Shown here: positions 1 to 13,174 of the stretch, piece by piece | How positions within the stretch are numbered: position 1 is the stretch's first letter | Layout of the letters: each line of letters opens with the position of its first letter | DNA from: Eledone cirrhosa | Taxonomy: Eukaryota | Reading direction: 5' to 3' | Assembly: GCA_964016885.1 (NCBI GenBank) | Contig: OZ024742.1 | Location: forward strand, 199,392,001 to 199,456,000 | Length of the DNA: 64,000 nt | Translations under genes and position numbers: made by a program | Notes under the pieces: generated by a model | The model's input: only the letters and a program-made list of their open reading frames with translations | Database searches by the model: none | Told to the model about the DNA's origin: nothing

Positions 1-286
1 GAAACTCCAGTCTGGAACCCCTATCCTGCTCAGAACATTGAGCTCCTGGAAACTGTTCTAAGACGTGCAATCAAGCGAATACCTTTCACCAGGCATCTAC
101 CATACTCTGAACGCTTGGTTCCCTGGGCATGTAAACTGTTTTGATAAACACCCACAAAATTATTAACCATCTTTCCAACATCAACCTGGAGCACCTTTTT
201 GAATTCCATGTGTCTAACACACGTGGTAGCCAAAAAAAAAAAAAAAAAATTATTTTGGATTAATGAAAATTATTGCGTAAAGTATG

Positions 287-380
287 TGCTCTAGGTGAGG
301 ATTGAAATCGCGACCTTCAGATTTCTCTGATTTCAGATTGCATTATGAGACTGACGTACTACCTACTGCAATACCAATGC
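287..380 (-). pseudogene. Degenerate elongator tRNA-Met(CAT) with 21-nt intron; representative copy, one per unit (94 nt; other + strand starts 1703, 3119, 4514, 5924, 7340, 8756, 10151, 11569, 12986, 14401, 15797, 17213, 18632, 20046, 21442, 22855, 24252, 25646, 27056, 28451, 29869, 31288, 32703, 34120)
   Basis: Reverse complement GCATTGGTATTGCAGTAGGTAGTACGTCAGTCTCATA[ATGCAATCTGAAATCAGAGAA]ATCTGAAGGTCGCGATTTCAATCCTCACCTAGAGCA matches the animal tRNA-Met(e) body. It has an acceptor mismatch, G10>T and B-box G53>T. Confidence 0.85.
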
Positions 381-403
381 AACTGAAATAAAATAAAATA
401 GAA

Positions 404-475
404 AGGGGACACCCGGGATTGAACCAGGGACCTCTCGATCTGCAGTCGAATGCTCTACCACTGAGCTATATCCCC
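404..475 (-). tRNA. tRNA-Cys(GCA) copy 1
   Basis: GGGGATATAGCTCAGTGGTAGAGCATTCGACTGCAGATCGAGAGGTCCCTGGTTCAATCCCGGGTGTCCCCT folds into a full cloverleaf with A/B boxes and a U73 discriminator, followed by TTTT terminators. Confidence 0.97.
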
Positions 476-559
476 AGGTGAATGAAGTGTTGTGGGAGTT
501 TTCGCTATATCTCATTCAAACGCCAACTCTCTTAAACAGCTACTGACACACACACACCA

Positions 560-1642
560 CACTGTCGTCCAGTCAGTCTTACTTGTTGCATTGCCAAACT
601 GACGGAATCCTGTGTTGTAGAAACACTCTGCAACTTCTGCAATTCTCACGGTCATATCCGTCTCTTGCAATTTGGATTTAGCTCCAGCTGCCGTGATCAA
701 CTCATCGAGTTTCTTGAAGGCATCACCCGGATCACTGATGGCGGCTCATGAGTGGATGGTGTTTTCCTTGACTTTGCTAAAGCTTTTAGTCTGTTCCACA
801 CAAAACACTTATGGTAAAACTCTCTGCAAAGGGGTGAAAAGATTATCTTTTTAACTGGTTGAAGTTCTTCATTCTCAGTTAAAAAGAGGTAGTCGCGGTG
901 CTCGGACAGCATGCTTCGCCCTTTGAGATGTCATCTGATGTACAGCAGAGATCTGTTGTTGGTCCCCTTTGGTTTGTTGTATATATTAATGTCATAGATG
1001 TCAACTTAAGAATGCTACAATGATGAAATACGCAGATGACATCAAGCTGTATCTCGAGATAAAAAGGGCAGATTCTGAACACTATAGATCTTTCTTGTAA
1101 CCAGACCTGGACACAATGCAGCAATGGATCACGGACTGGCAACTCAAGCTGGCTTTGGACACGTGTACCACCATGCATTTTGGGAGGAAAACCCAAAGTT
1201 CGCATACTCCCTCCACAACACTAATATCAAGAAATGTTCTTGTGAACGTGACCTGGGCATTATGTCGGCAGCGGTTTGCGTTGGACAAAGCACACCTTTA
1301 AAATTGTCAAGAAGGCCGAGAGCGTCTTGGCGTCACTCAGTAAGACCTTTGTCAGTCGCTCTCCAGCTATTTATTTAAAGCTGTATATAGCTATGATGCG
1401 GCCACATTTAGAATTTGAAACTCCAGTCTGGAACCCCTATCCTGCTCAGAACATTGAGCTCCTGGAAACTGTTCTAAGACGTGCAATCAAGCGAATACCT
1501 TTCACCAGGCATCTACCATACTCTGAACGCTTGGTTCCCTGGGCATGTAAACTGTTTTGATAAACACCCACAAAATTATTAACCATCTTTCCAACATCAA
1601 CCTGGAGCACCTTTTTGAATTCCATGTGTCTAACACACGTGG
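560..1642 (+). mobile_element. Decayed CR1/L2-type non-LTR retrotransposon RT fragment; representative copy, one per unit
   Basis: Frameshifted motifs RPVSLT..IAKL, QFGF, FLDFAKAF, S(G/D)VQQRSVVGP, YADDIKLY, ERDLGI, RPHLEF(A/E)TPVWNPY, LPYSERL. Contains stops and indels and breaks off before an A-tract. Confidence 0.93.
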
Positions 1643-1819
1643 TAGCCAAAAAAAAAAAAAAAAAATTATTTTGGATTAATGAAAATTATTGCGTAAAGTA
1701 TGTGCTCTAGGTGAGGATTGAAATCGCGACCTTCAGATTTCTCTGATTTCAGATTGCATTATGAGACTGACGTACTACCTACTGCAATACCAATGCAACT
1801 GAAATAAAATAAAATAGAA

Positions 1820-1891
1820 AGGGGACACCCGGGATTGAACCAGGGACCTCTCGATCTGCAGTCGAATGCTCTACCACTGAGCTATATCCCC
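1820..1891 (-). tRNA. tRNA-Cys(GCA) copy 2
   Basis: Same sequence as copy 1. Confidence 0.96.
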
Positions 1892-3235
1892 AGGTGAATG
1901 AAGTGTTGTGGGAGTTTTCGCTATATCTCATTCAAACGCCAACTCTCTTAAACAGCTACTGACACACACACACCACACTGTCGTCCAGTCAGTCTTACTT
2001 GTTGCATTGCCAAACTGACGGAATCCTGTGTTGTAGAAACACTCTGCAACTTCTGCAATTCTCACGGTCATATCCGTCTCTTGCAATTTGGATTTAGCTC
2101 CAGCTGCCGTGATCAACTCATCGAGTTTCTTGAAGGCATCACCCGGATCACTGATGGCGGCTCATGAGTGGATGGTGTTTTCCTTGACTTTGCTAAAGCT
2201 TTTAGTCTGTTCCACACAAAACACTTATGGTAAAACTCTCTGCAAAGGGGTGAAAAGATTATCTTTTTAACTGGTTGAAGTTCTTCATTCTCAGTTAAAA
2301 AGAGGTAGTCGCGGTGCTCGGACAGCATGCTTCGCCCTTTGAGATGTCATCTGATGTACAGCAGAGATCTGTTGTTGGTCCCCTTTGGTTTGTTGTATAT
2401 ATTAATGTCATAGATGTCAACTTAAGAATGCTACAATGATGAAATACGCAGATGACATCAAGCTGTATCTCGAGATAAAAAGGGCAGATTCTGAACACTA
2501 TAGATCTTTCTTGTAACCAGACCTGGACACAATGCAGCAATGGATCACGGACTGGCAACTCAAGCTGGCTTTGGACACGTGTACCACCATGCATTTTGGG
2601 AGGAAAACCCAAAGTTCGCATACTCCCTCCACAACACTAATATCAAGAAATGTTCTTGTGAACGTGACCTGGGCATTATGTCGGCAGCGGTTTGCGTTGG
2701 ACAAAGCACACCTTTAAAATTGTCAAGAAGGCCGAGAGCGTCTTGGCGTCACTCAGTAAGACCTTTGTCAGTCGCTCTCCAGCTATTTATTTAAAGCTGT
2801 ATATAGCTATGATGCGGCCACATTTAGAATTTGAAACTCCAGTCTGGAACCCCTATCCTGCTCAGAACATTGAGCTCCTGGAAACTGTTCTAAGACGTGC
2901 AATCAAGCGAATACCTTTCACCAGGCATCTACCATACTCTGAACGCTTGGTTCCCTGGGCATGTAAACTGTTTTGATAAACACCCACAAAATTATTAACC
3001 ATCTTTCCAACATCAACCTGGAGCACCTTTTTGAATTCCATGTGTCTAACACACGTGGTAGCCAAAAAAAAAAAAAAAAAATTATTTTGGATTAATGAAA
3101 ATTATTGCGTAAAGTATGTGCTCTAGGTGAGGATTGAAATCGCGACCTTCAGATTTCTCTGATTTCAGATTGCATTATGAGACTGACGTACTACCTACTG
3201 CAATACCAATGCAACTGAAATAAAATAAAATAGAA

Positions 3236-3307
3236 AGGGGACACCCGGGATTGAACCAGGGACCTCTCGATCTGCAGTCGAATGCTCTACCACTGAGCTA
3301 TATCCCC
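3236..3307 (-). tRNA. tRNA-Cys(GCA) copy 3
   Basis: Same sequence as copy 1. Confidence 0.96.
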
Positions 3308-4630
3308 AGGCGAATGAATTATTGTGGAAGTTTGCACTATATCTCATTCAAACGCCAACTCTCTTAAACAGCTACTGACACACACACACCACACTGTGGT
3401 CTAGTCAGTCTTACTTGCTGCATTGCCAATCTGACGGAATCCTGTGTTATAGAAACACTCTGCAACTTCTGCAATTCTCACAGCCATATACGTCTCTTGC
3501 AATTATGATTTAACTCCTGCTGTTGTGATCAACTCATCGAGTTTCTTGAAGGCATCACCCGGATCACTGATGGCGGCTCATGAGTGGATGTTTTTTTCCT
3601 TGACCTTGCCAAAGCTTTTAATTCTGTTCCACACAAAAATAATTATGGTAATACTCTCTGCAAAGGGGTGAAGAGATGATCTTTTTAACTGGTTGAAGTT
3701 CTTCTTTCTCAGTTAAAAAGAGGCAGTCGCGGTGCTAGGACAGCATGCTTCACCCTATGAGATGTCATCTGGTGTACAGCAGAGATCTGTTGTTGGTCCA
3801 CTTTGGTTTGTTGTATATATTAATGACATCGATGTCAACTTCCTGAATGCTACAATGATGAAATACGCAAATGACATCAAGCTGTATCTTGAGATAAAAA
3901 GGGCAGAACCTGAACACTATAGATCTTTCCTGTAATCAGACCTGGACACAATGCAGCAATGGATCACGGACTGACAACTCAAGCTGGCTGTGGACAAGTG
4001 TACCACCATGCATTTTGGGAGGAAAACCCAACGTTCGCATACTCCCTTCACAACACTAATATCGAGAAGTGTTCTTGTGAACGTGACCTGGGCATTACTG
4101 TCGGCAGCGGTTGGCGTTAGACAAAGCACTCCTCTAAAACTGTCAACAAGGCCGAGAGTGTGTTGGCGTCACTCAGTAAGACCTTTGTCAGTCTCTCTCC
4201 AGCTATTTATTTAAAGCTGTATATAGCTATGATGCGGCCGCACTTAGAATTTGCAACACCAGTCAGGAACCCCTATCCTGCTCAGTACATTGACCTCCTG
4301 GAAACTGTTCTAAGACGTGCAATCAAGCGAACACCCTCCATCAGGCATCTACCATACTCTGAACGCTTGGTTCCCTGGGCATATCAACTGACTTGATAAA
4401 CACCCACAAATTTATTAACCATCTTTCCAACATCAACCTGGAGCACCTTTTTGAGGTAGCCAAAAAAAAAAAAAGATTATTTTGGACTAATGAAAATTAT
4501 TGCGTAAAGTATGTGCTCTAGGTGAGGATTGAAATCACGACCTTCAGATTTCTCTGATTTCAGATTGTATTATGAGACTGACGTACTGCCTACTGCAATA
4601 CCAATGCAACTGAAATAAAATAAAATAGAA

Positions 4631-4702
4631 AGGGGACACCCGGGATTGAACCAGGGACCTCTCGATCTGCAGTCGAATGCTCTACCACTGAGCTATATCC
4701 CC
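4631..4702 (-). tRNA. tRNA-Cys(GCA) copy 4
   Basis: Same sequence as copy 1. Confidence 0.96.
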
Positions 4703-6040
4703 AGGTGAATGAAGTGTTGTGGGAGTTTTCGCTATATCTCATTCAAACGCCAACTCTCTTAAACAGCTACTGACACACACACACCACACTGTCGTCCAGT
4801 CAGTCTTACTTGTTGCATTGCCAAACTGACGGAATCCTGTGTTGTAGAAACACTCTGCAACTTCTGCAATTCTCACGGTCATATCCGTCTCTTGCAATTT
4901 GGATTTAGCTCCAGCTGCCGTGATCAACTCATCGAGTTTCTTGAAGGCATCACCCGGATCACTGATGGCGGCTCATGAGTGGATGGTGTTTTCCTTGACT
5001 TTGCTAAAGCTTTTAGTCTGTTCCACACAAAACACTTATGGTAAAACTCTCTGCAAAGGGGTGAAAAGATTATCTTTTTAACTGGTTGAAGTTCTTCATT
5101 CTCAGTTAAAAAGAGGTAGTCGCGGTGCTCGGACAGCATGCTTCGCCCTTTGAGATGTCATCTGATGTACAGCAGAGATCTGTTGTTGGTCCCCTTTGGT
5201 TTGTTGTATATATTAATGTCATAGATGTCAACTTAAGAATGCTACAATGATGAAATACGCAGATGACATCAAGCTGTATCTCGAGATAAAAAGGGCAGAT
5301 TCTGAACACTATAGATCTTTCTTGTAACCAGACCTGGACACAATGCAGCAATGGATCACGGACTGGCAACTCAAGCTGGCTTTGGACACGTGTACCACCA
5401 TGCATTTTGGGAGGAAAACCCAAAGTTCGCATACTCCCTCCACAACACTAATATCAAGAAATGTTCTTGTGAACGTGACCTGGGCATTATGTCGGCAGCG
5501 GTTTGCGTTGGACAAAGCACACCTTTAAAATTGTCAAGAAGGCCGAGAGCGTCTTGGCGTCACTCAGTAAGACCTTTGTCAGTCGCTCTCCAGCTATTTA
5601 TTTAAAGCTGTATATAGCTATGATGCGGCCACATTTAGAATTTGAAACTCCAGTCTGGAACCCCTATCCTGCTCAGAACATTGAGCTCCTGGAAACTGTT
5701 CTAAGACGTGCAATCAAGCGAATACCTTTCACCAGGCATCTACCATACTCTGAACGCTTGGTTCCCTGGGCATGTAAACTGTTTTGATAAACACCCACAA
5801 AATTATTAACCATCTTTCCAACCTGGAGCACCTTTTTGAATTCCATGTGTCTAACACACGTGGTAGCCAAAAAAAAAAAAAAAAAATTATTTTGGATTAA
5901 TGAAAATTATTGCGTAAAGTATGTGCTCTAGGTGAGGATTGAAATCGCGACCTTCAGATTTCTCTGATTTCAGATTGCATTATGAGACTGACGTACTACC
6001 TACTGCAATACCAATGCAACTGAAATAAAATAAAATAGAA

Positions 6041-6112
6041 AGGGGACACCCGGGATTGAACCAGGGACCTCTCGATCTGCAGTCGAATGCTCTACCACTG
6101 AGCTATATCCCC
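6041..6112 (-). tRNA. tRNA-Cys(GCA) copy 5
   Basis: Same sequence as copy 1. Confidence 0.96.
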
Positions 6113-7456
6113 AGGTGAATGAAGTGTTGTGGGAGTTTTCGCTATATCTCATTCAAACGCCAACTCTCTTAAACAGCTACTGACACACACACACCACACT
6201 GTCGTCCAGTCAGTCTTACTTGTTGCATTGCCAAACTGACGGAATCCTGTGTTGTAGAAACACTCTGCAACTTCTGCAATTCTCACGGTCATATCCGTCT
6301 CTTGCAATTTGGATTTAGCTCCAGCTGCCGTGATCAACTCATCGAGTTTCTTGAAGGCATCACCCGGATCACTGATGGCGGCTCATGAGTGGATGGTGTT
6401 TTCCTTGACTTTGCTAAAGCTTTTAGTCTGTTCCACACAAAACACTTATGGTAAAACTCTCTGCAAAGGGGTGAAAAGATTATCTTTTTAACTGGTTGAA
6501 GTTCTTCATTCTCAGTTAAAAAGAGGTAGTCGCGGTGCTCGGACAGCATGCTTCGCCCTTTGAGATGTCATCTGATGTACAGCAGAGATCTGTTGTTGGT
6601 CCCCTTTGGTTTGTTGTATATATTAATGTCATAGATGTCAACTTAAGAATGCTACAATGATGAAATACGCAGATGACATCAAGCTGTATCTCGAGATAAA
6701 AAGGGCAGATTCTGAACACTATAGATCTTTCTTGTAACCAGACCTGGACACAATGCAGCAATGGATCACGGACTGGCAACTCAAGCTGGCTTTGGACACG
6801 TGTACCACCATGCATTTTGGGAGGAAAACCCAAAGTTCGCATACTCCCTCCACAACACTAATATCAAGAAATGTTCTTGTGAACGTGACCTGGGCATTAT
6901 GTCGGCAGCGGTTTGCGTTGGACAAAGCACACCTTTAAAATTGTCAAGAAGGCCGAGAGCGTCTTGGCGTCACTCAGTAAGACCTTTGTCAGTCGCTCTC
7001 CAGCTATTTATTTAAAGCTGTATATAGCTATGATGCGGCCACATTTAGAATTTGAAACTCCAGTCTGGAACCCCTATCCTGCTCAGAACATTGAGCTCCT
7101 GGAAACTGTTCTAAGACGTGCAATCAAGCGAATACCTTTCACCAGGCATCTACCATACTCTGAACGCTTGGTTCCCTGGGCATGTAAACTGTTTTGATAA
7201 ACACCCACAAAATTATTAACCATCTTTCCAACATCAACCTGGAGCACCTTTTTGAATTCCATGTGTCTAACACACGTGGTAGCCAAAAAAAAAAAAAAAA
7301 AATTATTTTGGATTAATGAAAATTATTGCGTAAAGTATGTGCTCTAGGTGAGGATTGAAATCGCGACCTTCAGATTTCTCTGATTTCAGATTGCATTATG
7401 AGACTGACGTACTACCTACTGCAATACCAATGCAACTGAAATAAAATAAAATAGAA

Positions 7457-7528
7457 AGGGGACACCCGGGATTGAACCAGGGACCTCTCGATCTGCAGTC
7501 GAATGCTCTACCACTGAGCTATATCCCC
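7457..7528 (-). tRNA. tRNA-Cys(GCA) copy 6
   Basis: Same sequence as copy 1. Confidence 0.96.
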
Positions 7529-8872
7529 AGGTGAATGAAGTGTTGTGGGAGTTTTCGCTATATCTCATTCAAACGCCAACTCTCTTAAACAGCTACTGAC
7601 ACACACACACCACACTGTCGTCCAGTCAGTCTTACTTGTTGCATTGCCAAACTGACGGAATCCTGTGTTGTAGAAACACTCTGCAACTTCTGCAATTCTC
7701 ACGGTCATATCCGTCTCTTGCAATTTGGATTTAGCTCCAGCTGCCGTGATCAACTCATCGAGTTTCTTGAAGGCATCACCCGGATCACTGATGGCGGCTC
7801 ATGAGTGGATGGTGTTTTCCTTGACTTTGCTAAAGCTTTTAGTCTGTTCCACACAAAACACTTATGGTAAAACTCTCTGCAAAGGGGTGAAAAGATTATC
7901 TTTTTAACTGGTTGAAGTTCTTCATTCTCAGTTAAAAAGAGGTAGTCGCGGTGCTCGGACAGCATGCTTCGCCCTTTGAGATGTCATCTGATGTACAGCA
8001 GAGATCTGTTGTTGGTCCCCTTTGGTTTGTTGTATATATTAATGTCATAGATGTCAACTTAAGAATGCTACAATGATGAAATACGCAGATGACATCAAGC
8101 TGTATCTCGAGATAAAAAGGGCAGATTCTGAACACTATAGATCTTTCTTGTAACCAGACCTGGACACAATGCAGCAATGGATCACGGACTGGCAACTCAA
8201 GCTGGCTTTGGACACGTGTACCACCATGCATTTTGGGAGGAAAACCCAAAGTTCGCATACTCCCTCCACAACACTAATATCAAGAAATGTTCTTGTGAAC
8301 GTGACCTGGGCATTATGTCGGCAGCGGTTTGCGTTGGACAAAGCACACCTTTAAAATTGTCAAGAAGGCCGAGAGCGTCTTGGCGTCACTCAGTAAGACC
8401 TTTGTCAGTCGCTCTCCAGCTATTTATTTAAAGCTGTATATAGCTATGATGCGGCCACATTTAGAATTTGAAACTCCAGTCTGGAACCCCTATCCTGCTC
8501 AGAACATTGAGCTCCTGGAAACTGTTCTAAGACGTGCAATCAAGCGAATACCTTTCACCAGGCATCTACCATACTCTGAACGCTTGGTTCCCTGGGCATG
8601 TAAACTGTTTTGATAAACACCCACAAAATTATTAACCATCTTTCCAACATCAACCTGGAGCACCTTTTTGAATTCCATGTGTCTAACACACGTGGTAGCC
8701 AAAAAAAAAAAAAAAAAATTATTTTGGATTAATGAAAATTATTGCGTAAAGTATGTGCTCTAGGTGAGGATTGAAATCGCGACCTTCAGATTTCTCTGAT
8801 TTCAGATTGCATTATGAGACTGACGTACTACCTACTGCAATACCAATGCAACTGAAATAAAATAAAATAGAA

Positions 8873-8944
8873 AGGGGACACCCGGGATTGAACCAGGGAC
8901 CTCTCGATCTGCAGTCGAATGCTCTACCACTGAGCTATATCCCC
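8873..8944 (-). tRNA. tRNA-Cys(GCA) copy 7
   Basis: Same sequence as copy 1. Confidence 0.96.
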
Positions 8945-10267
8945 AGGCGAATGAGTTATTGTGGAAGTTTGCACTATATCTCATTCAAACGCCAACTCTC
9001 TTAAACAGCTACTGACACACACACACCACACTGTGGTCTAGTCAGTCTTACTTGCTGCATTGCCAATCTGACGGAATCCTGTGTTATAGAAACACTCTGC
9101 AACTTCTGCAATTCTCACAGCCATATACGTCTCTTGCAATTATGATTTAACTCCTGCTGTTGTGATCAACTCATCGAGTTTCTTGAAGGCATCACCCGGA
9201 TCACTGATGGCGGCTCATGAGTGGATGTTTTTTTCCTTGACCTTGCCAAAGCTTTTAATTCTGTTCCACACAAAAATAATTATGGTAATACTCTCTGCAA
9301 AGGGGTGAAGAGATGATCTTTTTAACTGGTTGAAGTTCTTCTTTCTCAGTTAAAAAGAGGCAGTCGCGGTGCTAGGACAGCATGCTTCACCCTATGAGAT
9401 GTCATCTGGTGTACAGCAGAGATCTGTTGTTGGTCCACTTTGGTTTGTTGTATATATTAATGACATCGATGTCAACTTCCTGAATGCTACAATGATGAAA
9501 TACGCAAATGACATCAAGCTGTATCTTGAGATAAAAAGGGCAGAACCTGAACACTATAGATCTTTCCTGTAATCAGACCTGGACACAATGCAGCAATGGA
9601 TCACGGACTGACAACTCAAGCTGGCTGTGGACAAGTGTACCACCATGCATTTTGGGAGGAAAACCCAACGTTCGCATACTCCCTTCACAACACTAATATC
9701 GAGAAGTGTTCTTGTGAACGTGACCTGGGCATTACTGTCGGCAGCGGTTGGCGTTAGACAAAGCACTCCTCTAAAACTGTCAACAAGGCCGAGAGTGTGT
9801 TGGCGTCACTCAGTAAGACCTTTGTCAGTCTCTCTCCAGTTATTTATTTAAAGCTGTATATAGCTATGATGCGGCCGCACTTAGAATTTGCAACACCAGT
9901 CAGGAACCCCTATCCTGCTCAGTACATTGACCTCCTGGAAACTGTTCTAAGACGTGCAATCAAGCGAACACCCTCCATCAGGCATCTACCATACTCTGAA
10001 CGCTTGGTTCCCTGGGCATATCAACTGACTTGATAAACACCCACAAATTTATTAACCATCTTTCCAACATCAACCTGGAGCACCTTTTTGAGGTAGCCAA
10101 AAAAAAAAAAAGATTATTTTGGACTAATGAAAATTATTGCGTAAAGTATGTGCTCTAGGTGAGGATTGAAATCACGACCTTCAGATTTCTCTGATTTCAG
10201 ATTGTATTATGAGACTGACGTACTGCCTACTGCAATACCAATGCAACTGAAATAAAATAAAATAGAA

Positions 10268-10339
10268 AGGGGACACCCGGGATTGAACCAGGGACCTCTC
10301 GATCTGCAGTCGAATGCTCTACCACTGAGCTATATCCCC
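10268..10339 (-). tRNA. tRNA-Cys(GCA) copy 8
   Basis: Same sequence as copy 1. Confidence 0.96.
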
Positions 10340-11685
10340 AGGTGAATGAAGTGTTGTGGGAGTTTTCGCTATATCTCATTCAAACGCCAACTCTCTTAAA
10401 CAGCTACTGACACACACACACCACACTGTCGTCCAGTCAGTCTTACTTGTTGCATTGCCAAACTGACGGAATCCTGTGTTGTAGAAACACTCTGCAACTT
10501 CTGCAATTCTCACGGTCATATCCGTCTCTTGCAATTTGGATTTAGCTCCAGCTGCCGTGATCAACTCATCGAGTTTCTTGAAGGCATCACCCGGATCACT
10601 GATGGCGGCTCATGAGTGGATGGTGTTTTCCTTGACTTTGCTAAAGCTTTTAGTCTGTTCCACACAAAACACTTATGGTAAAACTCTCTGCAAAGAGGGT
10701 GAAAAGATTATCTTTTTAACTGGTTGAAGTTCTTCATTCTCAGTTAAAAAGAGGTAGTCGCGGTGCTCGGACAGCATGCTTCGCCCTTTGAGATGTCATC
10801 TGATGTACAGCAGAGATCTGTTGTTGGTCCCCTTTGGTTTGTTGTATATATTAATGTCATAGATGTCAACTTCAAGAATGCTACAATGATGAAATACGCA
10901 GATGACATCAAGCTGTATCTCGAGATAAAAAGGGCAGATTCTGAACACTATAGATCTTTCTTGTAACCAGACCTGGACACAATGCAGCAATGGATCACGG
11001 ACTGGCAACTCAAGCTGGCTTTGGACACGTGTACCACCATGCATTTTGGGAGGAAAACCCAAAGTTCGCATACTCCCTCCACAACACTAATATCAAGAAA
11101 TGTTCTTGTGAACGTGACCTGGGCATTATGTCGGCAGCGGTTTGCGTTGGACAAAGCACACCTTTAAAATTGTCAAGAAGGCCGAGAGCGTCTTGGCGTC
11201 ACTCAGTAAGACCTTTGTCAGTCGCTCTCCAGCTATTTATTTAAAGCTGTATATAGCTATGATGCGGCCACATTTAGAATTTGAAACTCCAGTCTGGAAC
11301 CCCTATCCTGCTCAGAACATTGAGCTCCTGGAAACTGTTCTAAGACGTGCAATCAAGCGAATACCTTTCACCAGGCATCTACCATACTCTGAACGCTTGG
11401 TTCCCTGGGCATGTAAACTGTTTTGATAAACACCCACAAAATTATTAACCATCTTTCCAACATCAACCTGGAGCACCTTTTTGAATTCCATGTGTCTAAC
11501 ACACGTGGTAGCCAAAAAAAAAAAAAAAAAATTATTTTGGATTAATGAAAATTATTGCGTAAAGTATGTGCTCTAGGTGAGGATTGAAATCGCGACCTTC
11601 AGATTTCTCTGATTTCAGATTGCATTATGAGACTGACGTACTACCTACTGCAATACCAATGCAACTGAAATAAAATAAAATAGAA

Positions 11686-11757
11686 AGGGGACACCCGGGA
11701 TTGAACCAGGGACCTCTCGATCTGCAGTCGAATGCTCTACCACTGAGCTATATCCCC
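11686..11757 (-). tRNA. tRNA-Cys(GCA) copy 9
   Basis: Same sequence as copy 1. Confidence 0.96.
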
Positions 11758-13102
11758 AGGCGAATGAATTATTGTGGAAGTTTTCACTATATCTCATTCA
11801 AACGCCAACTCTCTTAAACAGCTACTGACACACACACGCCACACTGTCGTCTAGTCAGTCTTACTTGCTGCATTGCCAATCTGACGGAATCCTGTGTTAT
11901 AGAAACACTCTGCAACTTCTGCAATTCTCACAGCCATATACGTCTCTTGCAAATATGATTTAACTCCTGCTGCTGTGATCAACTCATCGAGTTTCTTGAA
12001 GGCATCACCCGGATCACTGATGGCGGCTCATGAGTGGATGTTTTTTTCCTTGACCTTGCTAAAGCTTTTAATTCTGTTCCACACAAAAATAATTATGGTA
12101 AAACTCTTTGAAAAAATGGGTGAAGAGATGATCTTTTTAACTGGTTGAAGTTCTTCTTTCTCAGTTAAAAAGAGGCAGTCGCGGTGCTAGGACAGCATGC
12201 TTCACCCTATGAGATGTCATCTGGTGTACAGCAGAGATCTGTTGTTGGTCCACTTTGGTTTGTTGTATATATTAATGACATCGATGTCAACTTCCTGAAT
12301 GCTACAATGATGAAATACGCAGATGACATCAAGCTGTATCTTGAGATAAAAAGGGCAGAACCTGAACACTATAGATCTTTCCTGTAATCAGACCTGGACA
12401 CAATGCAGCAATGGATCACGGACTGACAACTCAAGCTGGCTGTGGACAAGTGTACCACCATGCATTTTGGGAGGAAAACCCAACGTTCGCATACTCCCTC
12501 CACAACACTAATATCAAGAAGTGTTCTTGTGAATGTGACCTGGGCATTACTGTCGGCAGCGGTTGGCGTTAGACAAAGCACTCCTCTAAAACTGTCAAGA
12601 AGGCCGAGAGTGTGTTGGCGTCACTCAGTAAGACCTTTGTCAGTCGCTCTCCAGCTATTTATTTAAAGCTGTATATAGCTATGATGCGGCCACACTTAGA
12701 ATTTGCAACACCAGTCTGGAACCCCTATCCTGCTCAGAACATTGACCTCCTGGAAACTGTTCTAAGACGTGCAATCAAGCGGACACCCTCCATCAGGCAT
12801 CTACCATACTCTGAACGCTTGGTTCCCTGGGCTTGTAAACTGTCTTGATAAACACCCACAAAATTATTAACCATCTTTCCAACATCAACCTGGAGCACCT
12901 TTTTGAATTCCATGTGTCTAACACACGTGGTAGCCAAAAAAAAAAAAATTATTTTGGATTAATGAAAATTATTGCGTAAAGTATGTGCTCTAGGTGAGGA
13001 TTGAAATCGCGACCTTCAGATTTCTCTGATTTCAGATTGTATTATGAGACTGACGTACTGCCTACTGCAATACCAATGCAACTGAAATAAAATAAAATAG
13101 AA

Positions 13103-13174
13103 AGGGGACACCCGGGATTGAACCAGGGACCTCTCGATCTGCAGTCGAATGCTCTACCACTGAGCTATATCCCC
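13103..13174 (-). tRNA. tRNA-Cys(GCA) copy 10
   Basis: Same sequence as copy 1. Confidence 0.96.

Noticed and set aside
232-249. A-tract as the poly(A) tail of the LINE or of a retroposed unit
   Set aside because: The family's real end is a 3' UTR plus (ATT)n (38550-39121). The tract follows an internal breakpoint and reads better as a Pol III T-run on the minus strand.
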